Assembly (NCBI GenBank): GCA_965217865.1
Contig: CBDCJO010000002.1
Coordinates: 2,624,001-2,688,000 of the forward strand
Direction of reading: 5' to 3'
Length of the DNA: 64,000 bases
Origin: Candidatus Latescibacterota bacterium
Lineage (GTDB): Bacteria; Latescibacterota; UBA2968; SICM01
The notes under the pieces are model-generated. The model did no database searches, was not told the DNA's origin, and saw only the letters and a program-made list of their open reading frames with translations. A program made the position numbers and the translations under genes. This document shows, piece by piece, positions 10,272-21,340 of the stretch. Within the stretch, counting starts at the first letter, position 1. The number at the start of each line of letters is the position of its first letter.

Positions 10272-10428
10272 CAGCACAACGTCCTCGACTACTTCACGAT
10301 GGCCTGTCACGCCGCTTTGGAGAACCAACCGGCACCCTCGTTGCTGCCCCGAACCAATTCCGCCATTCGGTAACTTCTCCTGTGACCATTGCTCCCCGGC
10401 CCCACCAGCCAGGGAAGTGAACGGTTAC
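10272..10428 (+). mobile_element. IS66-family right-end remnant
   Basis: QHNVLDYFTMACHAALENQPAPSLLP matches the IS66 transposase C-terminus; followed by the terminal repeat GTGAACGGTTAC (10417-10428). Confidence 0.7.
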
Positions 10429-10454
10429 GTCAAATGTTTCACTCATGCCCTGTT

Positions 10455-10742
10455 CTACACCAAAGACAGCCGCTCGACCTTGATCCGGTCCGCTTGTTTC
10501 ATCGCTTGGGCCAGGTCGTAGGACGCCTGCAACCGGTACCACGTGTTCGCATCCCCTCCGAACGCCTTGTCCAGGCGGATTGCCATCTCCGGCGAGATCC
10601 CCGAATGGCCATTCACGACATCGGACAACTGCTTGCGGCTGACCCCAAGCTTCTGTGCGGCTTCCGTCACGCTGAGCCCCAGCGGCTCCAGGCAGTCGTG
10701 ACGGACGGACAGGCCCGGATGGGGCGGGTTCTTCATCGGCAT
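10455..10742 (-). CDS. higA: HigA family antitoxin
   Basis: MKNPPHPG...[20 protein letters not shown]...[13 protein letters not shown]...W.RLQ..YDL. Confidence 0.9.
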   Translation of the reverse strand: MPMKNPPHPGLSVRHDCLEPLGLSVTEAAQKLGVSRKQLSDVVNGHSGISPEMAIRLDKAFGGDANTWYRLQASYDLAQAMKQADRIKVERLSLV

Positions 10743-10756
10743 ATCACGACCCTCCT

Positions 10757-11035
10757 TCAGTGGTAGTCGACCAGGTCCACGTTGCTGGCATGCGCGCCCT
10801 CGAAGCAGAAAACGATGCGCCAGTTGTCGGACACGCTGACCGACCAGTACCCGGCAAGATCGCCTTTTAACGGATGTAGCCGGAAGCCCGGCACATCCAT
10901 GTTCGTGGGCATCACCGCCTCGTCGAGACGAGCTAGAATACGCTCGATTTTAGCAGCGTATGCTGGCGGCACCCGCCGCCGCTCCCCCTTCTCGTAGAGA
11001 AGCTGGAGACCCTTGTGCCGGAAGCGGACGATCAT
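10757..11035 (-). CDS. higB: HigB (RelE/ParE family) toxin
   Basis: FRHKGL...[28 protein letters not shown]...VDLVDYH; toxin-first gene order. Confidence 0.9.
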   Translation of the reverse strand: MIVRFRHKGLQLLYEKGERRRVPPAYAAKIERILARLDEAVMPTNMDVPGFRLHPLKGDLAGYWSVSVSDNWRIVFCFEGAHASNVDLVDYH

Positions 11036-11199
11036 TCACAGAATGTAACCTGTTACCTTCCAGATGACAATCCTTTTCTACATCCCCTCTTCTCAACACC
11101 CGGTTTTTGACGTGTGACTTCGCTACCTGCGCATCGCGGGCTGGAGCTATCGGCGAGAATCCGCCAACTTCGGCGGTCGTCGGGTGTCAGCCTTGTCTT

Positions 11200-11697
11200 G
11201 CGTCCCACCGTTCCATTCGTCCTCCTTGCCTTCCCCTCCTCGTCCTTATCGCCGAAGTTGATCTTGATGATCGCCAGCGCAGCAGCGGATCCCTTCATTT
11301 CGCCCCCGGGCTCGACCACGCGACGCCCGAACTCGCCGGGGAACTTCCGCTCGAGCAGCCAAGCGGACGCCTGCCACGCCGAAGGCCCGGTTTCCCTGGT
11401 GGTCTTCTTGACGACACTGCCGTCCGGATTCTGCCGGGCGCGCTCCCTGGTCGTGATCCGCCTCGGCCTCTTTTAGCAACTGGCAAAACTTCCCGGACTT
11501 CGCCGTCGCGCCGCACCTGAGCCAGCGGTATAAAGGTCATGCTTGCGCGCGTTGGCGTTACCGACCGGTGCGCCGGGTGATGCTCCCCCGTGCATCCGGC
11601 AACGGCCGTTCGTCATCGCGGGTGACCGGTACGGCATCCCGCTTCTCGTCCGGGCGCCGCATCGCGGGCTCCGGTGCATGGGCAATCTGCTTTGCAC
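11200..11697 (-). pseudogene. Degraded phage terminase-small-subunit-like and HGGxSTG-domain gene remnants
   Basis: RCGARTRSG...NGRCRMHGGASPGAPVGNANARKH (HGGxSTG family), followed across frames by YRWL...EAEA and WQASAWLLERKFPGEFGR. Confidence 0.6.
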
Positions 11698-11863
11698 GGG
11701 GTTGTTCCTCCGATTTTGATTGAATCCCCCCCTCCCCTCCCGAGTGCAGTAATATAGTAGTTTGGCCGGAAGCCGTCAACCAGGGAGGCTTCAGATCCGA
11801 GCGATCAGAAGCGGCGCCAGCATCTGCATGGCGTCTCATTCCTGTTGACACACGTTCCGGTCG

Positions 11864-12238
11864 AGGACCATCCCAGACAACCAGGAGCGTCTCATTCTGG
11901 CGACCGGGCGCTTCCTAGGTGAGGGCTTTGACGACGCCCGCCTCGACACGCTATTTCTGACGATGCCGGTGTCGTGGAAGGGAACACTTGTGCAGTATGC
12001 CGGTCGTCTCCACAGGAGCCATACTGGTAAGGCTGAGGTCCGTATATACGACTACGTCGACCGGCGGGTACAGATGCTTGCACGGATGTTCCAGAAGCGG
12101 TTACGGGGATATCGGTCGATGGGATACACGCCCGAAGAGGGGGATCTGAGCGACGCCCCCAAGGATTACGTCGTGGAGTACGACGAAGAAGCAATGGAAA
12201 GGCTTCACGGGAACGGGCTGATTGGAGGAGTGGAATGA
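11864..12238 (+). pseudogene. C-terminal fragment of SF2 helicase (type seen in primase-helicase conflict proteins)
   Basis: ERLILATGRFLGEGFDDARLDTLFLTMPVSWKGTLVQYAGRLHR...IYDYVD (helicase motifs V/VI); N-terminus absent. Confidence 0.75.
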
Positions 12239-12269
12239 CGGGACGAAAAGGGAAGGTGCCGTAAGGCTC

Positions 12270-12530
12270 CTGAATAATCGTTCACGGCCGCGTCAAGTTC
12301 GCTACACGGTAAACCCGGTCGGATCATGCAGAACGCGATGCGGCGGGCCTCCATCATGGCCGCAAAGGTCTTGCGAGCCTCGGTTGATGGCGCTGCGGTG
12401 AAATATGTTCGTTCGCACTCCGCAGCGTACCCGTTTACCCGGGTAAGCACCACCGCAACATGCGGCCCTTCACCGAGTCGGTCATTCAGGTCCGGAACCA
12501 ATAGAAGCTGGTCGGACAGTGCCAGCTTAT
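12270..12530 (-). pseudogene. Internal fragment of M24 (Xaa-Pro) peptidase
   Basis: VNGYAAECERTYF...MMEARRIAFCMIRPGLPCSELDAAVND; both ends missing. Confidence 0.65.
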
Positions 12531-13643
12531 CTATTAATACCAAAGGGGGACGAACACAAACCACCCTTTCCAGCAATGATATGTTTCCACCAATGTAATG
12601 TCGACTGTCTCATAGCCAAAGAAGCCGTCGTTGGGAAAGCCCTATACAGACCGGATCAGGCATACGGATATGAACTGGTAATCCAGGGGTTTGTCGTTTT
12701 AGCCCCTGAATCAATTAACTGTGGAGAAAGAAACGTCCCATCTATTAGAAAAGAAGGCGAATCCAAGTTGTGTCACGCCGAATTAGGGAGACTATTTTCC
12801 CCTTTCCCTTATAAGGACATCTACGACGGTATGCGGGCAGTGGACTTGCTTCAATCCCTTGATTTTGTGGATGAGAATCGGATTGGTGTCATCGGGCACT
12901 CTATGGGAGTTTGGTCATCTGTATCTACTATGGCCTATGACCAAAGAGTTAAGGCTGGGATTATAAGTTGTGAAATCGGTCCCGCCAATTTGCTGCCTTT
13001 GATTTCACCTCGGTTGTTAGTTTCAATGTTTGGGGAACTCGATAAGGGCATATCACCTCAACAAAGGCAGAGAATAAAGGATGCTTTTGATAATGCAAGA
13101 AGATTTTATGAGGATGATGGCGTTCCTGATAATTTGATACTTCGGTTCCACAACTGCGCCCATTACTTTTCAGAAGAGTTCAAGTTGGAAGCCTATGAAA
13201 AGCTGAAGACGTGTTTTGGAAAACGAGTTCAACAAGAGTGTGTTCCCCTTGGACCTATCCTAAAACAGGCAAGGCAGAATGTTCCTTGGGCTTTTGAGGT
13301 TGATGGAGTGCAGGCTCCAGAAGAGCAGATTCCTGATTTGATCAATGTGATGGCCAATGAAAAGGAACTTATCGATGTTTTCGTGTTTGTGTTCAACGAA
13401 TTAAACGTCAAGCGTCCCGCTAATTCTCCCTTAAGGATGGAGGTACATCAATTACAGAATGAGATAGATATAGTATGCGCTTTCTCATGTTCTCGTCCTG
13501 AGGCCCACTTTCAGGCTAAGGGGGGGTATAGCTCCTGGCTCACGGAGCAGGCGATTTATGAACATTCTGCATGTTTGAAGCGAGAAACTACTGCTGACGA
13601 GGTAAGGTATATAGTCACCTTACAAAAGGCCAATCCAAGCTAG
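12519..13643 (+). CDS. Alpha/beta hydrolase (dienelactone hydrolase-like) with extra C-terminal domain; possibly 5'-truncated
   Basis: PAYLLIP...PAMICFH...GFVVLAP...RAVDLLQSLDFVDENRIGVIGHSMG. Confidence 0.8.
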   Translation: MPAYLLIPKGDEHKPPFPAMICFHQCNVDCLIAKEAVVGKALYRPDQAYGYELVIQGFVVLAPESINCGERNVPSIRKEGESKLCHAELGRLFSPFPYKDIYDGMRAVDLLQSLDFVDENRIGVIGHSMGVWSSVSTMAYDQRVKAGIISCEIGPANLLPLISPRLLVSMFGELDKGISPQQRQRIKDAFDNARRFYEDDGVPDNLILRFHNCAHYFSEEFKLEAYEKLKTCFGKRVQQECVPLGPILKQARQNVPWAFEVDGVQAPEEQIPDLINVMANEKELIDVFVFVFNELNVKRPANSPLRMEVHQLQNEIDIVCAFSCSRPEAHFQAKGGYSSWLTEQAIYEHSACLKRETTADEVRYIVTLQKANPS

Positions 13644-13700
13644 GAAGTATTAATCCTTTGGTTAACTAACATCCCCCACTTAACAGAAGGGGTTTATGGG

Positions 13701-14885
13701 ATGATATTTGAAAGAAATAAGCCACATGTCAATGTTGGGACCATTGGACACGTAGGCCACGGAAAGACAATGCTAACGGCTGCGATTACCAAGGTTCTGG
13801 CTTTGGCTGGGCTTGCTGAGTTTATCCCTCCTGATGCTCTAGACAAGGCCCCCGAGGAGAGGGAACGCAGGCTCACAATCAAGGCCAGACATGTAGAGTA
13901 CGAAACAGAGATACACCACTATGCTCACGTGGACTGCCCGGGCCATGTTGACTACGTCAAAAACATGATTAATGGTACTGCACAGATGGATGGCGCTATC
14001 CTGGTAGTTAGTGCAGTGGATGGTCCGATGCCTCAGACACAAGAATATATTCTGCTCGCCAGGCAAGTCAATGTGCCTTCCATTATCGTCTATATCAACA
14101 AAACTGATATGGTGGAGGATCCTGACCAGATAGATCTAATAGAACTTGAGACAAGGGATCTTTTAAGCCAATACGGCTTTCCTGGAGATGAAGTTCCGGT
14201 TGTTCGGGGGTCATCATTAAAGGCACTTGAGTACCATGGCCCTGGAGCTGACGAAGCTAAGTGCATCTGGGAGCTGCTCAATGCCATGGATGAATACATT
14301 CCGGTGCCTAAGCGGGATTTCGACGAGGACTTCTTGATGCCGGTTGAGGATGTGTTCACAATTACGGGACGCGGGACAGTTGGCACAGGCCGAATCGAGC
14401 GAGGCGTGGTAAAAATAGGTGATGAGGTGGAGATCATTGGTTTCAGAGAGTCGCGTAAGGCAGTTGTTAAGGGAGTCGAAATGTTCAATAAGATCCTAGA
14501 TAAGGGGATGGCGGGTGACAATGCAGGTCTTTACTTGGGGGGTATAAAGAAGGAGAATTTGACGCGCGGAATGGTAATTGCAAAACCAGGTTCCATTGAG
14601 GCGCACAGTAAGTTTTGCTGTGAAGTCTATGTGTTAACTGAAAAAGAGGGAGGACGAAGCACACCCTTCTCTTCCACATATCGTCCCCAGTTCTATTTTC
14701 GAACGACAGATGTTACCGGGAGTTTTCAACTACCAAACGGGATCGAAAAAGCGATGCCGGGTGAAAAGATGACCATGACAGTCAAGTTGGCATCCCGAAT
14801 CGCTTTGGAGCCGGAACTTAGATTCGCTGTTCGAGAGGGGGGCCTGACTATCGGTGCGGGTGTGGTTACACAAATCCTGGAGTAA
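13701..14885 (+). CDS. tuf: Elongation factor Tu, divergent orphan paralog
   Basis: Full-length 394 aa: [56 protein letters not shown]. Confidence 0.95.
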   Translation: MIFERNKPHVNVGTIGHVGHGKTMLTAAITKVLALAGLAEFIPPDALDKAPEERERRLTIKARHVEYETEIHHYAHVDCPGHVDYVKNMINGTAQMDGAILVVSAVDGPMPQTQEYILLARQVNVPSIIVYINKTDMVEDPDQIDLIELETRDLLSQYGFPGDEVPVVRGSSLKALEYHGPGADEAKCIWELLNAMDEYIPVPKRDFDEDFLMPVEDVFTITGRGTVGTGRIERGVVKIGDEVEIIGFRESRKAVVKGVEMFNKILDKGMAGDNAGLYLGGIKKENLTRGMVIAKPGSIEAHSKFCCEVYVLTEKEGGRSTPFSSTYRPQFYFRTTDVTGSFQLPNGIEKAMPGEKMTMTVKLASRIALEPELRFAVREGGLTIGAGVVTQILE

Positions 14886-14927
14886 AGTTATAGATTTTTC
14901 GACATTAATACTGTTAAACAAAACAGA

Positions 14928-15938
14928 CTAGCGCATAACAGCAGGCTCAGATGCGCAGAGCTCAGATCATTGCCTTCAGTGGTCAAGGACTGCGTGTTCA
15001 GGAGATTGCTGCCAATCTCGAGATGAACGAGGAGTATCTCCGGGAACTGATTCGTAACTTCAATGACGAGGGCTTTGATGCACTTCGCCAGAAATCTCAA
15101 TCCGGTCGGCCACGCAGTTTGACAGAAGAAGAGGAGTCCCTGATCGCAGAAATCGCGACAGCGCCTCCCCAGGCCTTTAGCCGTCCTTTCAACCAGTGGT
15201 CCCTGAGGAAGCTGAGGGATTTTCTGGTTGAAAAGAGACTGATTCAGCCGGTCAGTCACAACGTCATCCGTCGCGTCCTGAAGAATCGAAAGATTACTTA
15301 TCAGCGAACCCGGACCTGGAAGCGATCCAACGATCCGGCATACGACGCTAAAAAAAACGCATCTAAGCGCTCTACAAGAAGGCCCCGCAAAGGTGCTCGG
15401 TAATCTGCTTCGACGAATTCGGACCCATCCAGGTCAAACCACAACACGGTAACGCTTGGGCGCCACAGAAAAGCCCTGTCAGACTCCGTGCCGCCTACCG
15501 CCGGTTTCAAGGCGTGAGCCACTTTTTAGCGGCGTATGATGTTCATCAAGACCGCCTGTGGATGCATCAGAAAAAGCGCAAACGATGGCAGGAGGTCCTC
15601 CGTTTTCTCAAATCGATTCGACGGCGATACCCGAAGGACAGACGCCTGTACATTGTCCTGGACAATATGAGAACGCACAGCAAGGCCGAAGTTGTGGACT
15701 GGTGGCAAAAGAACAATCTCAAACTGGTATTCACGGCAACAAATGCATCCTGGATGAACCGCATCGAATGCCACTTCGCACCTGCCAAACAATTCGTCCT
15801 CAATAACAGTGATCATCCCGACCATAGATCCATTGGTCAGGCCATGCAAGACTACATAAGGTGGCGAAACAAAAACGCCAAGAATAAAAAAATCTTGAAA
15901 CCTCAAAACACAGTACGGGTTTTGTAACAGCCCACTAG
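14928..15938 (+). mobile_element. IS630-family element; frameshift-type transposase inactivated by a nonsense codon
   Basis: orfA 14951-15403 (HTH, GRPRSLT, WSLRKL). A8 slippery run at 15350-15357. The -1 frame reads KKRI*ALY...CFDEFGP...VLDN...SWMNRIE to 15927 with TAA at 15364. Left end probably truncated. Confidence 0.8.
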
Positions 15939-17071
15939 TCCTAAAATAAGCGAATAGGCTTGTTGAGCGGTGTGTTATACAAGATTTCGGAGCATTTCAG
16001 ACTTGTGACTTGGTGGAGATGATGTCTGGGCTGTTTTTGTGATTGTTTCGGCATGCGATTGTCTAATTAACTGAGTTTGCGGACGTGTTTTAGCCGGGGT
16101 GGACGGACTTGTCCCTGTGATGTTACGACGACAGGTGCTGACATGGCAGTCAGGCCGGTTTGAGCCATCTGATTCTGTTCCAGGCCGGGAAGAAGTCAGT
16201 CATCCACCGGTTGTAGCCCAAGACACGATAGATGATCTGTCTTCCCCGGGTCACGATCTGGCAAGGGATCCAGATCAGATTCTGGAGGAAGGCGCGAAAC
16301 TTCATTCTCAGAAGTTGATCGCGACGCTCACGCTTTCGGATCATCAACGCGAACCAGGCTTTGAGGTTCCACGCCAGGGCGGTCATGACCATGTAAGCCC
16401 AGTTGCTCATCAGGTTGTCGACGGGCATCCGCATGGCGTTGACCCCGTTCTTGAGTTGTTCAATCACGTTTTCCTGATCGCACCGTCGATTGGCCAGCCT
16501 CACGATTTCCGCGGCCGTAAGATCTTTTCGGGTGGTAATGTAGAAGAAACAGCGCTTGTCATCGAACAGGGCGTTTTCGCCGCGTTCGACGCTCAGGTTC
16601 TTTTCGAGGATCACGAGTCGACAGGTCTTCTTGCATCGAGCAGGACGATACGAAACCCCGGCAACACGTTCACTGGCAAGTCGGATGTTTTTGAAGCCGC
16701 GCTCCCGGATGATCCGGGCTTTCACGTTCTCGCGTTTCTGTCTCTGGGAGGTCTTGACCTGGTATTTGGGTTGTCGTTCAAAGGGCTCCCAATCGCTCTG
16801 TGACAGGGATTTGGCGATCTTGACCAATCCCCGGTAAGCATCCATGCCGAAGACGAAGTCGACCTTTTCCGACCAACGATCGAAGTGCCGGGTGAGTGAG
16901 AAGCCGGTGTCTCCGCGCAGGCAGATGCGTTTGGCGAAAGGGGCGACCAGCGCGATGGCGCGATCGATCCACTTTACGGCACCGTCGTGGCTGGGCACAT
17001 TGCCGGGTCGATTCACAAGAAACAACACCTCCCTGGTGTTCGCCAGAGAGACCACGAGAGGATGGTATCCC
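15935..17071 (-). mobile_element. Partial second copy of the IS1380 element (3' part of transposase)
   Basis: Near-identical to 6029-7165 (offset 9906) with only a few substitutions; identity stops at ...GGTATCCC 17071. Confidence 0.9.
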
Positions 17072-17570
17072 TGCTGTGAGCGGCATGGTGAGTGAAGAGT
17101 TTGGTTGTCCGCAGGCGATGATCGATATCGCATCGATCCCGAACATCGGCGCCTTCAAGGACGCTTCGGGAAACTACGGATGGCACCGGGATATCGTACG
17201 CGGGCTCGACGGCCCGGATGGGCTTGCCGCTGTCATGGGCAGCGACGGTATGGGATATCACTACTGGGGCCATCATTACGGATCCCGTTGTTATCTTACC
17301 GGTCTCGGTAACGTCTGGCCGAAGATCGAAGTCGAATTCTACGACAAACTCGCTTCCGGGGATCAAACGGGCGCGCTGGATATCGTGAACACCTACGAGC
17401 TTGACTATCTTAAAACCACGAAGGCAACCGGCAAATACTGGTCCTGTCTCAAGTTCTTCCTCGACGAACTGGGGCTTCCCGGTGGCCCCATGCGTCCACC
17501 GTTGCTGGACTGTACACAGGAGGACAAGAAGCTCCTGCTGGCCATGGCGAAAAGCACGGGACTGATGTAG
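17072..17570 (+). pseudogene. Dihydrodipicolinate synthase family (class I aldolase) C-terminal fragment
   Basis: IASIPNIGAFKDASG (Schiff-base Lys), LGLPGGPMRPPL; 5' half replaced by IS sequence. Confidence 0.75.
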
Positions 17571-17690
17571 GTATGGAATCGATGCGCTTTGCGAAGCGCG
17601 GGAGACCAGGTCCGCCCGACGAGAAATATCAGCCCACGTTTGTCTCCCCCGTTTCGTCTGGGAATCGCGCCATGATGAGGAGACCAAACG

Positions 17691-18916
17691 ATGAGTAAGA
17701 GGGGCCACGGCATCGGAGCATTGGCCAGGGAGCTGCTCAATATCTCGGAGGACCAGTGGTCAAAATTGGAACGGGGCAGGAAGGAAGGAATCATCGAGCT
17801 GGAGCCTGTGGTCCTCCCCGAACATCCCAGGGGAGACAACAATCATATGGGATGGCCGGTGGGCACCATGACCCGCGATACCCTTGTCCTTATCCACCGG
17901 AGGATGCCGGGCCACGCAGATGGGGATTCAACGTTCTCCATGGCGATTCGTTCTGTCGATCAAGGGCGGACGTGGAGCCAATCCTACGATCTCCGCGATG
18001 CGATGAACCCGGAGAATCGCGACCGTTGTCGCATCGCAATGCTTGGGGACCGCTGAACCACAGCAAACAAGGCTACAAGCTCCATCTCAACGCCATCGGC
18101 ACAGCGCGGGATGGGGCCGTGATCGTGCTGTGCAACTACGGTGTGTTTCGCTCGGACGATCAGGTTCAAAGCTGGGAGCATTTCGCCGAGCCGTTTCGGG
18201 AGGACTTAACGGAAGGGGACATGGTCTACCTGGGACCCCGAGTCATAGACCATCCAGAGGCGGGCTTGCTCGCTTTTGGAAACACGGTACGCTACGGCCC
18301 CAGAGAGGGAACCCCAAACCCTGTCGACGGGCCGGTCGACTACCATCACAACCTCGTCATATTGAACTCCAACGACGGGGGTAGATCGTGGCGGAAGACC
18401 CCACACGAGCTTCCGCAGTGGGCGGTTCAGTTCGAGCCCGCCGCGCTGTTACACGACAACGAACTTTTCGCAATCGGAAGGGATGAAGGTACGAATTGCG
18501 AGCATCTGCAGATGCGGCTGCGAAAGCCCGGTGGCCCTGTTGAGGTAAAGTGCACGAACTTGAAGGACCCGAGAAAGATCGATACCGTGGATATCGACTA
18601 CAATCCCGTGACGCAAAGGCTTGAAGTGGCACGCGCGCCGAGGGAGAAACTGAGAGTAGACGTGTGGAGCATCGATCCGGCGCAATGGGACTCGGCCGAA
18701 TGGCGATTCGAGTGCACGTTGTTCTCCCGTCTCGGCGTCTACTGGCGAGTCGGGGGGGACGTGGACGGCTTCCACCCTGGCGGAGCGATAATCGATGGAA
18801 GAAGAGGGGTACAGCACATATTCGTTTACGTCGGTCATCCCAACGGTCCGGCGGGGACCTTTCGCATAACCCGCACCCTCGACACCCAGAAGCTGCGGGC
18901 GTTTTTGGAAGCGTAG
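17691..18916 (+). pseudogene. Sialidase-like Asp-box (BNR) protein, frame-disrupted near 18020
   Basis: Asp boxes RSVDQGRTW (first ORF) and RSDDQVQSW, SNDGGRSW (second ORF); two frames join near 18020. Confidence 0.7.
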
Positions 18917-18960
18917 GGGACTTGGGGTTACGTCAACCCCCCCTCTAAGGAGAAGCCGCT

Positions 18961-20151
18961 GTGAAGATACGCGAGCTAAAGGTCTTCCATATTAACCCGG
19001 GCAAGAAAGTGCCTTACGGCACAGGCTGGGGCAAGAACTACACCCTGGTCAAGATCTATACGGACGAAGGCATAGAGGGAATCGGCGAAGCCTTCGGCAC
19101 AGGCAAGGCGAAGACCACCGAAGCGGCAATCTACGAGTTCGAACGCTGGCTGCAAGGCAAGGACCCTACCGAGATCGTCCGCAACTGGTATGCCTACTAT
19201 CGCGGCAGCCGCTACCCGCTGGGTACAGCGACCATGGCCGCGTTGAGCGCGGTGGAGCAGGCACTGTGGGACATTGCGGGCAAGGCCTGCGGCCTGCCGG
19301 TCTACAAAATGCTGGGGGGACCCACGCGCGACCGGATAAAACTCTACGCCAGCGGCTACCTTGCCCAGCCCCGGCACTTCGATCTCCCCGGCGATGACCT
19401 CGTGGGAGCCTGCAAAAGGGTCGTGGACGCAGGCTTCAAGGGCGTGAAGTTCACGCCCCAGCCGGACGATTATGCAAGCAAGAGCCCGCAGCAGGTGCTG
19501 AGCGACGCCATCGAACGGGTGCGCTCCGTCCGCGAGGCCGTGGGCGACCAAATCGATATCTGCCTGGACTACCACGGTCGCAGCTTCAGCCCCGTCGAAG
19601 CCATCAGGCTCGCCAAAGCCATCGAGCCCTTCCGGCCGCTCTTCCTTGAAGAACCGGCACTGACCGAGGCACCGGACTCGTTGGTCGAGGCCAAGATGAA
19701 GACCACCATCCCGATCGCCGGCGGCGAGCGTTGCATCAGCCGGGACCGCCTGCGTGAAATCCTCGAAAAGCGCGCCCTGCACATCCTGCAGCCGGAACCC
19801 ACTGCGTGCGGGGGAATCCTGGAGACGGTGAAGTGGGCGGCCACGTGCGAGCTCTACCACGTCGACCTGGCGCCGCATCAGGCCTGCGGCCCGGTATCTC
19901 TGCTCGCGTGCGCCCACATCGACGCGAGTATCTCCAACTTCCTGATCCAGGAGTGCAACTTGGATCTCGAAGAATCCTTCTTGCGGGAACTGTATTCGCC
20001 GCTGCCCGAAGTGGAGGACGGGTTTCTCAAGCTTCCCGAGGGGCCTGGACTGGGAATAGAGCTCGATGAGGACAGCGCCGCAAAATATCCCTACAAACCC
20101 TACGACCGCCCGGTGATCCGCAAAGCGGACGGATCGATCGGGCTGGAATAG
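18961..20151 (+). CDS. Mandelate racemase/muconate lactonizing family dehydratase (galactonate dehydratase-like)
   Basis: TDEGIEGIGE, ALSAVEQALWDIAGK...PVYKMLGG, LDYHGR, LEEP, GER, PEGPGLG. Confidence 0.9.
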   Translation: MKIRELKVFHINPGKKVPYGTGWGKNYTLVKIYTDEGIEGIGEAFGTGKAKTTEAAIYEFERWLQGKDPTEIVRNWYAYYRGSRYPLGTATMAALSAVEQALWDIAGKACGLPVYKMLGGPTRDRIKLYASGYLAQPRHFDLPGDDLVGACKRVVDAGFKGVKFTPQPDDYASKSPQQVLSDAIERVRSVREAVGDQIDICLDYHGRSFSPVEAIRLAKAIEPFRPLFLEEPALTEAPDSLVEAKMKTTIPIAGGERCISRDRLREILEKRALHILQPEPTACGGILETVKWAATCELYHVDLAPHQACGPVSLLACAHIDASISNFLIQECNLDLEESFLRELYSPLPEVEDGFLKLPEGPGLGIELDEDSAAKYPYKPYDRPVIRKADGSIGLE

Positions 20152-20160
20152 GAACAACTG

Positions 20161-21126
20161 TTGATCTACCGCACACTGGGTCGAACCGGGCTGGAGGTGT
20201 CGCGCCTTGGAATGGGCACCGGCGGACTCGATCCGCTAGGCCTTAAGAGCGGTCGCACGGAATCGGAGATGGTGGGGCTCCTGCACCGCGCCTTTGATTT
20301 GGGGATCAACCTGTTCGACACTTCGCCCGGCTATGGGAAGGGCCGCAGCGAAAGGATTCTCGGTCGCGCCCTCGTGGAATTGCCCCGGGATGAAGTCGTC
20401 GTCTCCACGCAGATCCCCCTGGCCACTTCAATGCCGGGGGAGCCGGCAAAAGTCTTGAACGCAGCCGAAGTCAGTGGAGCCGTGGACGAAAGCCTCGAGC
20501 GACTGCACACGGACCGCGTCGATGTCATTCTCATGGCAGTTTCCGGCCCTGAGTATTTCGACTGTGTTATGCAAGACCACGTGCCGGTACTGGAGAAGCT
20601 GAAACAAGAGGGCAAGACCCGCTTCATCGGTTCCAGCGAGATGACCCGTTCCGACGGTTCGCACGAATGGCTCAAACAAATCCTTCCCACCGGCGTGGTC
20701 GACGTGGCGATGATCGGCCACAACATGATCAACCAGTCGGCGCAGGATGTGGTCTTCCCCTGCTGTGCAGAACACAACATCGGTGTAATCAACGTCTTCA
20801 CGGTACGCAATCTCTTCGGGAATCCCCCACGCCTCAGAGAGGTCATTCAAGATCTCAAAAGACGGGGAAAGATAGCACCCGAGGCCCTTCCGGACGAAAC
20901 TCCCTTGGATTGGCTCCTGGAAGATCCCGAAGTCGGCTCACTGGTGGCAGCGGCCTACCGATACGCGTTGCACACCGAGCCGGTAACCGCGGTGATGAGC
21001 GGCACCATCGAACGATCGGAGCTGGAAGAAAACGTCGCCACATCCGGACAACCGCCCTTGCCCGAAAACCTGCGAGACAGGCTCAAGGAGATATTCGGCG
21101 GCATTGCCGAACCCATCGGGAACTGA
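20161..21126 (+). CDS. Aldo/keto reductase family protein
   Basis: YRTLGRTGLEVSRLGMG, GINLFDTSPGYG..SE.ILG, SLERLHTD. Confidence 0.85.
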   Translation: MIYRTLGRTGLEVSRLGMGTGGLDPLGLKSGRTESEMVGLLHRAFDLGINLFDTSPGYGKGRSERILGRALVELPRDEVVVSTQIPLATSMPGEPAKVLNAAEVSGAVDESLERLHTDRVDVILMAVSGPEYFDCVMQDHVPVLEKLKQEGKTRFIGSSEMTRSDGSHEWLKQILPTGVVDVAMIGHNMINQSAQDVVFPCCAEHNIGVINVFTVRNLFGNPPRLREVIQDLKRRGKIAPEALPDETPLDWLLEDPEVGSLVAAAYRYALHTEPVTAVMSGTIERSELEENVATSGQPPLPENLRDRLKEIFGGIAEPIGN

Positions 21127-21147
21127 AGTCTGAAGGAGCGGAATGAA

Positions 21148-21340
21148 ACTCCGACCTCTGCCTTTTGCTTTCCTGCTACTGCCACTTGTTACTGCTACTG
21201 CTTCCCTCGACCTCCGACCTCTGACATCTGACACCCGTCCCGGTTTCCGTCTCACGTTTCACGGTTTTTCTTTCCCTGCTCTTCGATCTTCAATCTTCAA
21301 TTTCCTCTGCCCCCCGACCTCTGACCTCTTACCTCTTAAC
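21148..21340. repeat. Patchwork of degenerate 6-7-mer tandem repeats
   Basis: CCGACCT/CTGACCT, CTGCTA/CTGCCA, TTTCACG/TCTCACG and TCTTCAA units; same family recurs in many intergenic gaps. Confidence 0.7.

Noticed and set aside
18976-20157. 393-aa antisense ORF
   Set aside because: Shadow of the dehydratase gene on the opposite strand in GC-rich codon usage; no motifs.
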